A stretch of 64,000 nt of DNA, taken from assembly GCA_002722515.1 (NCBI GenBank), contig PBMH01000007.1, positions 2,730 through 66,729 on the forward strand, read 5' to 3'. The notes below the pieces were generated by a model. The model saw only the letters and a list, made by a program, of their open reading frames with translations. It ran no database searches and was not told the origin of the DNA. Positions 1 to 8,541 of this stretch are shown piece after piece. Source of the DNA: Alphaproteobacteria bacterium (lineage in GTDB: Bacteria > Pseudomonadota > Alphaproteobacteria > UBA6615). The stretch's first letter is position 1. Each line of letters starts with the position of its first letter. The position numbers and the translations under genes are program-made.

Positions 1-309
1 TGGTTGGTCACAGCCGGTCAGGTTGGTAAAGCCCCAGACGGTTCAATCCCGGATGGCTTTGAGGCGCAGCATGACCAAATATGGAAAAATACAGTCGCAA
101 TCCTAGAAGACGCCGGGTTCGGCGTCGAAGATATTGTTAGGATTAACGTCTACTCAACCGAAGCTGATGGCCTGCGTTTTCTGGCGCCTCAACGGAAAAA
201 ATATCTTGGCGATTACGCGCCTCCGTCCACTTGGGTGGTGGTTAGCCAGCTTGCAAACCCAAAAATGGTTGTCGAGATGGAGACTATTGCAGCGCGATCG
301 GCTGACTAG
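1..309 (+). CDS. RidA/YjgF-family (endoribonuclease L-PSP fold) protein, 5' end outside the window
   Basis: ORF is open to the window edge. GFGVEDIVRINVY...VVSQLANPKMVVEMETIA resembles the C-terminal half of YjgF/RidA-fold proteins. Ends with TAG. Confidence 0.6.
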   Translation, partial: WLVTAGQVGKAPDGSIPDGFEAQHDQIWKNTVAILEDAGFGVEDIVRINVYSTEADGLRFLAPQRKKYLGDYAPPSTWVVVSQLANPKMVVEMETIAARSAD

Positions 310-449
310 AGTAATCCTCAATTATGGTTAGCCGGCCGAACTCACCTTCAAGCCCCCGATCGACATGATGCGCACGAAAGACATCGCAGAGACGACTATC
401 CTGTAAAATTATGGCGTAGCTTGAATTGAGATTAAGATTATTAATCTTA

Positions 450-1337
450 TTATATGTTTGGCGGTGACGAGGTCGTAGTAAGAGTGGCGGTTATTATAAG
501 AACAAAAAACAGAAAGACAGATTCGATATAAATTGATCGTTTCAAAAACAACACGTAACCAATTTTTGAATCTAAAATAGGCGGCGTTATATAAAGCTTA
601 TTGGCAGCGGATATTGATAGTATTATTACAAACAGTAAAAGTTTAATCAGAAAGAATTGTCCGTACTCACTTTCGAATGCGACCGTGCTTACTGAACCGA
701 GAACGGCTAGCACAGCCCCTCCGGAAATAATCAACAGGGCGACGGCCCAAACCGCTCTAATGCCAAACTCTTGTGCTAGTATCCCGGCAACCCGCGGGGG
801 ATCAGACTTTGCTGAATTAAGAAGGGGTATTATTGCTGCTATCCAAAAGGAAATACAAAGGATGTGCAGGGTAACAAGTGCGCCAAGGATTAATCGTGGA
901 TCGTTGAGCGAGTGACCGCGAAGTGAGAAAGAGGTTGCTGCAAAGAGCGCTCCCAGGACCGCAAGCGCAACCCCGAGGCGCCCCCTCCAGCCTACAAACA
1001 TTACAAGGCAAAGCCCTGTGATTCTTAACGCTGCACTCATTCCTAGCGGGCTATCTATCACCATTTGAAGAATAAGTGGGTCTAGTGTTCCGTCCCATGC
1101 GCCTCCCATCAGAAAAACTGTGTGCATGGGTAAACGTAAAATCGTAAAAAATGCCGCTACAATTGCGGACGCCATGGCTGCGTTTCGAACGAGTAGGTGG
1201 CCGTTACTAGGAAGTCGGCGAAGTGCAATAATTACAATTACAGACCCAATTGCACTTAGCGTGGTTAAGTAAGTAACCGCCTTAAGAAAAATCAAGAGCC
1301 ATGTGAAGAGGTCTGCTTGCTCAATAATTGCAAACAT
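450..1337 (-). CDS. copD: Copper resistance membrane protein CopD
   Basis: 295-aa polytopic membrane protein, 6 nt downstream of copC on the same strand, which is the classical copCD pairing. Confidence 0.7.
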   Translation of the reverse strand: MFAIIEQADLFTWLLIFLKAVTYLTTLSAIGSVIVIIALRRLPSNGHLLVRNAAMASAIVAAFFTILRLPMHTVFLMGGAWDGTLDPLILQMVIDSPLGMSAALRITGLCLVMFVGWRGRLGVALAVLGALFAATSFSLRGHSLNDPRLILGALVTLHILCISFWIAAIIPLLNSAKSDPPRVAGILAQEFGIRAVWAVALLIISGGAVLAVLGSVSTVAFESEYGQFFLIKLLLFVIILSISAANKLYITPPILDSKIGYVLFLKRSIYIESVFLFFVLIITATLTTTSSPPNI

Positions 1338-1343
1338 TTGGGT

Positions 1344-1742
1344 TCACTTTACGATTTTGAATGTGAATACACCTTGCATGGCGTGGCCGTCTGCTGACAG
1401 GCCCCGCCACTTAACTGTGTAGCCTCCTACCGGAAGTAACGGGGGTTTCGCACTAAATTCACGCAGAGGTTCTATACCGCTGCGTTTTAGGAAGGTAAAA
1501 GTTTCCTCTTTTGAATTTAGTAGTTTGACCGAAGTCACGCGCATCGGCGTATCAAAAACAATTTTAATGACCGCAGGGGGGGCGAGCAACTTGGCCCCAT
1601 CGGGTGGAGTGGTCCCCTCATTGTTCGAATGTGCAAAGGACGCGCTGTTCATCGCCCCTAGGATGACGACGGCGATTAAGATCGCGGGGCCCCCAAAAAG
1701 TGTGGTCATCGCCAGGCAGAGAATAGCTGTCTGTTTTTTCAT
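1344..1742 (-). CDS. copC: Periplasmic copper-binding protein CopC
   Basis: Signal peptide ends ...SFA|HSN, so the mature protein starts with His. GYTVKWRGLSADGHAMQGVFTFKI matches the CopC C-terminus. Ends with TGA at the expected family C-terminus. Confidence 0.8.
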   Translation of the reverse strand: MKKQTAILCLAMTTLFGGPAILIAVVILGAMNSASFAHSNNEGTTPPDGAKLLAPPAVIKIVFDTPMRVTSVKLLNSKEETFTFLKRSGIEPLREFSAKPPLLPVGGYTVKWRGLSADGHAMQGVFTFKIVK

Positions 1743-1805
1743 CGCTCATTCCATTTTCAAATTATCAAAAAAATACAAAACCACGGTGGGAATATGGCGA
1801 GTAAT

Positions 1806-2201
1806 TTAGATGTCCGGAAATTGCGTCCCTCTCGGGTCGTCGTATTTATCGCCTTGCGGCTTTGTGTCGCTAGCCCACCAAACTATTAGAAGGATTACCC
1901 CTATGATAGTTAGGATCAAAAGCTGCCACCATCCGCTTCTGCCAATATCGTGGAGCCGACGTGAGCCGGCTGCTAGCCAAGGAAAGAGAAATACCAGCGA
2001 TACCATCGAAGAAAATAAATCTCCGCCAAGGTCACTTGGCCCGAATGATGCGGACCCTACTAGGCTCGCTCCCCAACTCATCAAAACCGTAAATAGGTAG
2101 AACCACCAATACTCACTTCGTTTGGCGCGACCAGAAAAGGTAAAATATTTACCCATGCATGTTGTGATTGACTGACCGAAATTCATTTGGTTCCTCTTCA
2201 T
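1806..2201 (-). CDS. DUF805 (YhaH-like) inner-membrane protein
   Basis: GRAKRSEYWWFYLF and RRLHDIGRSGWWQLL motif pair flanking TM helices. Confidence 0.75.
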   Translation of the reverse strand: MKRNQMNFGQSITTCMGKYFTFSGRAKRSEYWWFYLFTVLMSWGASLVGSASFGPSDLGGDLFSSMVSLVFLFPWLAAGSRRLHDIGRSGWWQLLILTIIGVILLIVWWASDTKPQGDKYDDPRGTQFPDI

Positions 2202-2280
2202 TCAATGACAAAAAAGTCGGGCAGAAAAGTAAAACCCGCCGGGTATTGTTTAAAGTAACAAAAGTTCCGGACGACAGCTG

Positions 2281-2850
2281 ATGAAACGCATTCTAATAAT
2301 ATTGGTTGCTAGCACCTTACTGATTATGCCGGAAGGTGGGATAGGGCAGACAGATACCCTTTGGGGTGCCTTGAAATCGGGAAATCACCTGGTCTTGGTC
2401 CGGCACGCCCTTGCCCCTGGATTCGGTGATCCTGAGGAGTTTGATGTAAAGGATTGCCGAACGCAACGTAACCTGAACGACGAGGGACGCAGGCAATCAA
2501 AGAATATTGGTGACATGTTTCGGTCAAATGGGATTGATGCAGCTACCGTATATTCCAGTCAGTGGTGCAGGTGCCTGGATACAGCGGAGTTGGTCGATCT
2601 TGGGCAGGTCCTCGAATTACCTGCTCTCAACTCATTTTATGAGGAATTTTCAAGGGCACCGTTGCAAACCAAGGAAATTCAGAGTTGGATTAAGAACGCA
2701 CCATTGCGTACTCCAACAGTTTTGGTCAGCCACCAAGTAAATATCACGGCCTTAACGGGCTACTCTCCCGCGTCGGGAGAAATCGTTTTCATTCGAAGAA
2801 ATTCGGATGCGTCGCTTGCAGTAATAGGAAGCGTCCGAACGTTGCGTTGA
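2281..2850 (+). CDS. Secreted histidine phosphatase family protein (SixA/PGM-like branch)
   Basis: N-terminal signal peptide. LVRHALAPGFGDP phosphohistidine (RH) motif and a later LVSHQ motif. Confidence 0.65.
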   Translation: MKRILIILVASTLLIMPEGGIGQTDTLWGALKSGNHLVLVRHALAPGFGDPEEFDVKDCRTQRNLNDEGRRQSKNIGDMFRSNGIDAATVYSSQWCRCLDTAELVDLGQVLELPALNSFYEEFSRAPLQTKEIQSWIKNAPLRTPTVLVSHQVNITALTGYSPASGEIVFIRRNSDASLAVIGSVRTLR

Positions 2851-2944
2851 GGTAACCTATCAACTTTAGGTGAACGAAATTTCACAACGTGTATCAGAGA
2901 CAGCACGCAAATAGACTTTGTCATGAAAAAAGGGGTTTCAGTGG

Positions 2945-3163
2945 ATGGGCTGGCTGGCAAGGAAGTCGTTAGATATAGCGGAAAAAAACCTAGAGGGTAA
3001 TATAGGTAAAATTTCAGATGAGAGACTGATGAAACGCTATAGAAGTTTAAATCGAGCGTATCATAATTCGAATAACGATGAGGAATCCCGAAGGATAAAA
3101 TCTCTACAATTAAAAATTGTTGAGGAAATGAATAAACGAGGCAATTTTAATATTGAGGAATAG
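2945..3163 (+). CDS. Hypothetical 72-aa charged protein
   Basis: ORF only; AT-rich; no recognisable motif. Confidence 0.25.
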   Translation: MGWLARKSLDIAEKNLEGNIGKISDERLMKRYRSLNRAYHNSNNDEESRRIKSLQLKIVEEMNKRGNFNIEE

Positions 3164-3242
3164 TTGGTTAAAGAAATATTCTCCGGTGAGGTGAAGTGTG
3201 GCAGTCACATTCTTTGGCCGCCTTGAAAGTCTCCCGAGGACG

Positions 3243-5009
3243 CTATGTTTTTGGTCCTTTTCTTAGTGTGAATGCCAACCCAATTAGGCCCAACGCTGCT
3301 AGCAGACCTCCCAGAAAGAAAGCTAGTAGTAAATGGCGGTACCGTAGCTCTGGAATTTGGCTTGCCACGAAAAACTTAACCTGGTCGACGACGCCAAATT
3401 CCTCTGATTCATCAATTGTTGAAGCTAGGAGGTAAGCGGCGATTGTGTCTGCTTCCGCTGCTGTCATGCCCGGGTTAGGCATTTTGACTTCCGGGTTGTC
3501 GAAGCTGGGAGCTAGAAGGTAAGCAGAGAGCCACTTTTTTATGCGCTCCTCTCCCGAGGCCGCCAAAATTTCTTGGCGTGTATTACGAAAACCCAGAAAC
3601 GGTTCGGACGTTAGTAAATCAACCGCAGCAACTTGCTCGGCGTATTCGGGGCTGCTCAGTCGGCCGTTCAAACGCGGTATCAGAGTATCGTCTAATACCG
3701 GTCCGAAATTTCCGCCCGCACCTTCAATTTTATGGCATCCGCGGCAGCCATATTCCGCAATTAGATATTGCGGCGACATGTTTTTGCCAATTTGGTTGGG
3801 GAAGTCAGAGTCCTCATCAAGGTAAATCTTATAGATTGGTGTTTGGCCTTCTTGATTGGGCAGCATTGGGATGAAATACATGCCGTCAGGGCCCAATGCT
3901 ACGGATACAGGAAGTTGCATGCCGGATCCGTTGTATCGAAGAATCCGTTCCGGTATTGAAGCCATGCGCTTCTTCTCAAAATTGTAATCCATGAGCAAAA
4001 CGGCTCTGGCACCCTCGAGCTCCTGCCCAACTGCGCCAGGTCCGCCCGCTGACGGTGATATGAACCGCCCCCGGTAGGCTTCGGGAAGAAACTCGTAGTC
4101 CGATGGGACGTACTCCAGGTGAACGATACCGATGGCAGGTGAGAAGATTTGGGCTGCTCGGGCTCCGGTTCCCCAATCATTACCGGACCACATATAGTTC
4201 TCGCCTTTTTCGACTTCATCGAACCGGTCAATGTCACCGCCATTGTCCGTTGCGAACAGGCGATCTCCTACAGTTTTGAGCCCAAAGGGGTTACGAAAGC
4301 CATAGGCCCAAATGTAATCAATCGCAGTTACTTCACCGTCATCTGTATAGAACGGATTATCCGCAAGAGGTTTGAAATCGGGTGTCATCCGCAAAATCGA
4401 CCCGAGCGTTGAATGCAAATTTTGCGCCTGCGAAGTGTCGTCTCCAAAGCCAACAGATACGTAGATATGGCCATCCTTAACCTGACACGGCCCAATCTGG
4501 TGGCTAGTCTCTGACCGCTCGTCTGCGAACAGATCGAGAAACAATTCGGTATCTTCGGCTTCCAGCCCGAACGTGCCTGGTTTTGTTTTGAACCGCACCA
4601 TGCCGTTCCGGTACGTCTGCGTGCTGTCGAGATAATGGAAGGTTACAAATACGTATCCGTTTTCTGCATCAAGGCAGATGCCGGCGGCACCTCCGGGGGT
4701 AAACGACTCACGTTGCTTCGCGGGAATAAAACCTTCGGCGAAGGTGCTAACGGTCCGGTCATTTGTGACGACCCGAACCTTACCTTTGAGTTCGACCACA
4801 AAATATAAAGGATCTTCCGGGGCATCACCGGCACCCGGAACAAATGCCATGTGAGCGGGAAAGTTGAACCCCGTTGAATCAATAACCATCGTTAGGTCTT
4901 CAGCGAGTTCCCAGTCGCTGCGTCAATCGAAATCCTTAGCCATACTGTTGCCGGCTAACATCGTGGCCCAGCCGAAACCTAATAAAACGCAGAAACTTAG
5001 CTTATTCAT
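3243..5009 (-). CDS. PQQ-dependent sugar (glucose/sorbosone) dehydrogenase fused to a c-type cytochrome domain and a C-terminal TM anchor; interrupted by an in-frame TGA after the signal peptide (possible pseudogene)
   Basis: AYGFRNPFGL and DNGGDIDRFDEVEKGENYMW are beta-propeller GSDH motifs. CRGCH is a haem-c site. C-terminal helix LLLAFFLGGLLAALGLIGLAF. The uninterrupted ORF is 3243..4889. In frame upstream, 4926..5009 encodes MNKLSFCVLLGFGWATMLAGNSMAKDFD, followed by TGA at 4923..4925. Confidence 0.75.
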
Positions 5010-5224
5010 ACGTCAATCATCCCAATTCGATCGGGGCCCCGGTGGTCGGTTCGACGTTTAATGTCTCGTGCCCGCGCGTTCCCCCGTCTCGTCCAGAAAA
5101 CCTAAGTTGAATTACCACCAGAGGCAACGCCCGGGGCAAGGCAGATGTCGGAATAACTCAAAACGAAACCTATTCTCCTGGTGCATTCCGCTAGACACAT
5201 TTAAGGAGATAATTCGGGTCTTCC

Positions 5225-6580
5225 TTAAAACTGGAAGTAGATGAATGTACGGCCATAGGAAAGAAACAGCACAGACCCGACAAATAGACTCGCGAGAAAG
5301 ACGGGATGGTCAAAAATTAATGATCGTTTATTGAATATCAAATAATCCTCTTTAACCAAGAATATCCATCCTAGTATTATGCCCAAATATACCCAGTCGA
5401 TTGCCCCATAAATGGAATTCCCGACTCCACCACCCAAAAGAAACAAATTACTATATAATTGAATATATCCCGATATATCGAGATAGAATAACGGCCACCC
5501 CAGGGAGACAATCGTATAGGTAATTACGACCTGAATAACTGTAGGAAGGGGATCCCACCATTTCTTGCAAGCGTTATAAACGAGAACCCAAAATGCGTGA
5601 TAGAAACCCCATAGTACAAAGTTCCAGCCAGCGCCATGCCACAGCCCGACTAAGCCAAACAGTATGATGATGTTTCGAGTATAATTCTGTCGTCCACCTA
5701 TCCGGAAATACACATAGTCACGTAGCCAAAATGATAGAGTTATGTGCCAACGCTTCCAGAAGTCCCTTGGCGATAGGGATTTGTATGGCTCTCTGAAGTT
5801 ACGCGGTAGGTTAATAGCAAATAGCTTTGCTAAGCCTATGGCGATAAGAGAATATGACCAGAAGTCAAAATAAATTATCGTTGAGTAAGACAATACACTG
5901 TAAAGGGCGTCTATTGATGCAGCGCCTTCGATATTATTATACCGAATGTGTATGGTCGTAAGTATATCCGAAAAGAAAATCTTATAGGCAAAACCGAAGG
6001 TGCAATATTTTATTCCCAAATGAAGATCCGGATTTAGCCGGTGTTCTGTTGCAATTCTCTTAAGTTGAAGCCGGAGTTCCGAATAACGGAGAATTGGCCC
6101 CGCAATGAGCTGCGGGAAGAAAGCAATGTATGTGCCGAACTGGAAAAAATCGACTTCGCGCTCAATCTTCCCGTCACGAAGATCAACCAGGTAGGAAACT
6201 AATTGGAAGGTGTAGAAGCTGATTCCCGCAGGCAACGACAGCTTTGCTATCAGGTCGATCACCCCGTCAGTCTCAAGGTTAATGCCGAATGTCCGAAGTG
6301 AGAAGCCGAGGTACTTCGAGACAAATAGAGCAGCAAGCGGGAATGAGAGCGCTACCAGAAGGTGGCTAGTGGGGCGGCCGGAACGGCACAAGTGTGCACC
6401 CAAAAACCCCACGACAATTGATGTGAACAATAGAATTCCGGGGCCGATGCCGGAAGCGGTATAGAATATCATTGAGAATATAAGAAGAGTAGGCAGTCTT
6501 AAGCGTGGTGGTACTGCATAAAAAACGGATAGGCAGACTGGTAAAAAAATAAAAATGAAATGTATGGAGTTGAAGTTCAT
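5225..6580 (-). CDS. MBOAT-family membrane O-acyltransferase (AlgI/DltB/PatA-like)
   Basis: 451-aa polytopic protein with FWKRWHITLSFWLRDYVY (the MBOAT His motif) and an MNFNSIHFIFIFLP start typical of AlgI-like proteins. Confidence 0.9.
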   Translation of the reverse strand: MNFNSIHFIFIFLPVCLSVFYAVPPRLRLPTLLIFSMIFYTASGIGPGILLFTSIVVGFLGAHLCRSGRPTSHLLVALSFPLAALFVSKYLGFSLRTFGINLETDGVIDLIAKLSLPAGISFYTFQLVSYLVDLRDGKIEREVDFFQFGTYIAFFPQLIAGPILRYSELRLQLKRIATEHRLNPDLHLGIKYCTFGFAYKIFFSDILTTIHIRYNNIEGAASIDALYSVLSYSTIIYFDFWSYSLIAIGLAKLFAINLPRNFREPYKSLSPRDFWKRWHITLSFWLRDYVYFRIGGRQNYTRNIIILFGLVGLWHGAGWNFVLWGFYHAFWVLVYNACKKWWDPLPTVIQVVITYTIVSLGWPLFYLDISGYIQLYSNLFLLGGGVGNSIYGAIDWVYLGIILGWIFLVKEDYLIFNKRSLIFDHPVFLASLFVGSVLFLSYGRTFIYFQF

Positions 6581-6597
6581 GTTTTTCTAAAAAAAGC

Positions 6598-7938
6598 CTA
6601 CTGTGGACTTTGAATCTTGTCCTGTAAGTAACCAATAGAAGAGATCTCTCTGATTATTTCGCGAAAATAATTATCATTAATATGCTCTTCATCCGTCATA
6701 TATTTTTTTCGGAGCTCGCCAGAGGTATAAAGCGAATCGAATCTGCGGCGAAAAGGGTCAACGTCATTATTGATCGCGGTTAAACCACGTTGGGACATAG
6801 AGTATTGGCGTGTGTCCAACACGGAAAATCCGTTTTCTCGCATTAATGATACCGCACGGTCCATTTGCTCATGCCCAAGACCGGGGGCGTAATGGGCTAT
6901 GCGGGGCGGAATAAAAAATACGATGTCCAAGTTGTTGCGGTCGCCGATTGCCTGGATTTCTTCTGCTATGGCTACGATCGAAATCGTAACATCGGATGTC
7001 CAGACATCGTCAGAAGTGGGTGGCGGAACGGGGCTGGTGACCAGCTTGTCCGCCTTGGGGGTTGAATAGAGTGAGCCATCCTGTTTGAGGCCTTCTAGCC
7101 GCTGGCCAGTGTTGATTCCGCAGTCTCGTATATAGACAGCCTCGAATTTGTTGACGAGGCTCGCCATTCCGAATCGTTTAAGGGCCTCGATCCAGACGGG
7201 CAGGCTAATGGGCTGGGGAACTTGGCCGATCTCATATATGCCATATTTGTTACAACCACCGTCCAAGACGGCATTAAATACACCGTAGGCTAGGTGTTTC
7301 CAGTCCAAGCGGAATTGTAGCCGAGACATGTAACCATTCCACAAAAACCGTATCCGATCGGGTGATATAACGCCCACCATGAATGAAGAATTGAGGTAAA
7401 AATCAATCGGCATATTCCAACGGTATTCTGTAAGATTCCGTAACCCGAGGTATGGATGGGATATATAGACGATCGCGAGATCTTTCGGGAGGGCGCCGTT
7501 TTCTTCTTGATAGCGGAAGAGAGCAGAAGTCTCCCGCAGTGAGATATGTGGAACATAGTAATTAAAAAAATATGAGTTATCCGTATCAAATGGAAACGCG
7601 AAACGACTTACGCTTCTTATAATGTGATGTCCGTAAAGACCCACCGAAGGGGCAGGAGAGGTAGTAAAATAGTTTTGTTTAATAAGGGGAATTCCTGTGT
7701 CATCTAGGCCGGTAGTGAGGGCGTACTCAGTAGGTGACATTTCTAGGAAGTTTACGGGGTTTTTAGCGTAATAATCTGGGCGATAACCGGTTATGATGAA
7801 GATGGCGCTAAGAAGCGTTGCTGAAATGAGTATAAAGAGAACCGTTGAACGAAAGTTTGTTTTCGGGTTGCCTGGTTCTTGGGTACCCCCCGAGGGGGGA
7901 TACGCTGTGTGTTTGGTTTTGGTGCCTTGCGGGTTCAT
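6598..7938 (-). CDS. Hypothetical N-terminally membrane-anchored extracytoplasmic protein, probable partner of the MBOAT
   Basis: 446-aa ORF with one TM helix (VLFILISATLLSAIFIITG), 17 nt upstream of the MBOAT gene. The C-terminal YMTDEEHINDNYF contains a DxxH pattern, weakly reminiscent of SGNH/DltD block V. Confidence 0.6.
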   Translation of the reverse strand: MNPQGTKTKHTAYPPSGGTQEPGNPKTNFRSTVLFILISATLLSAIFIITGYRPDYYAKNPVNFLEMSPTEYALTTGLDDTGIPLIKQNYFTTSPAPSVGLYGHHIIRSVSRFAFPFDTDNSYFFNYYVPHISLRETSALFRYQEENGALPKDLAIVYISHPYLGLRNLTEYRWNMPIDFYLNSSFMVGVISPDRIRFLWNGYMSRLQFRLDWKHLAYGVFNAVLDGGCNKYGIYEIGQVPQPISLPVWIEALKRFGMASLVNKFEAVYIRDCGINTGQRLEGLKQDGSLYSTPKADKLVTSPVPPPTSDDVWTSDVTISIVAIAEEIQAIGDRNNLDIVFFIPPRIAHYAPGLGHEQMDRAVSLMRENGFSVLDTRQYSMSQRGLTAINNDVDPFRRRFDSLYTSGELRKKYMTDEEHINDNYFREIIREISSIGYLQDKIQSPQ

Positions 7939-7940
7939 CG

Positions 7941-8201
7941 TTACAGAGCCGAGTTGGCGACCGTAGCGATGGCGCGGCGTTGACTGATTGCGCGAATGAC
8001 TGCGTACGCCCGGTGGAGCGCGCGGGCAGGCTGGCGCCGTGCTGATTTAGAACGTTCTATTTCCGCAGATCGCGCAATGTTGCGATTGCTACAAACCAAG
8101 CTATTCGAAGCTTTTTGTACCAAGAATTGTTGTTTTGTAGATTGTGGTATTTTTCGACCCCACAACGTGTCTTGATTGTCTTTGGCGCGCGCATTGTTCA
8201 T
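7941..8201 (-). CDS. Hypothetical small basic protein (86 aa)
   Basis: ORF ends 2 nt before the next gene. Arg/Lys-rich with no TM helix. Locally more GC-rich than its neighbours, so it may not be coding. Confidence 0.3.
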   Translation of the reverse strand: MNNARAKDNQDTLWGRKIPQSTKQQFLVQKASNSLVCSNRNIARSAEIERSKSARRQPARALHRAYAVIRAISQRRAIATVANSAL

Positions 8202-8243
8202 GAAAACACTGGTGTTATAATCGACACATTATTAGGGATGATA

Positions 8244-8525
8244 TTAGTAATGATTTATGTCGTCGCGATCCTGGCGTCGAAAACGAAATAATAATTTTAG
8301 TAAGAATATAGAAAAAAGTGATAGGAATGAGAAGTAAAGCAATATTTCTCGAATAGATTTCTCTCCAGGAGAAAAAACAATTTCAAATTGTAATAGGAGC
8401 GCTATTATTATAGCGGATATTCCGATTGGAATAATAAAATAGGAGCCTAAAAAGATATCACATATGATTAATACTACTCCTAAAATGAGCCAGATGTGTG
8501 GCTCGAATATCCAATCGTATAACAT
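8244..8525 (-). CDS. NfeD-like membrane protein lacking the C-terminal OB domain
   Basis: 93 aa, three hydrophobic helices (WLILGVVLIICDIFLGSYFIIPIGISAIIIALLL), 16 nt downstream of the SPFH gene. SPFH-NfeD pairing is a known operon type. Confidence 0.45.
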   Translation of the reverse strand: MLYDWIFEPHIWLILGVVLIICDIFLGSYFIIPIGISAIIIALLLQFEIVFSPGEKSIREILLYFSFLSLFSIFLLKLLFRFRRQDRDDINHY

Positions 8526-8541
8526 TTACAAATCTTTCCTG

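Noticed and set aside
4901-4925. Selenocysteine insertion at the TGA of the dehydrogenase, given the hairpin just downstream.
   Set aside because: The codon lies right after the predicted signal-peptide cleavage site, not at a catalytic position. The hairpin starts 2 nt after the UGA and does not resemble the bacterial SECIS spacing or loop as I remember it. No selenoprotein family is involved.
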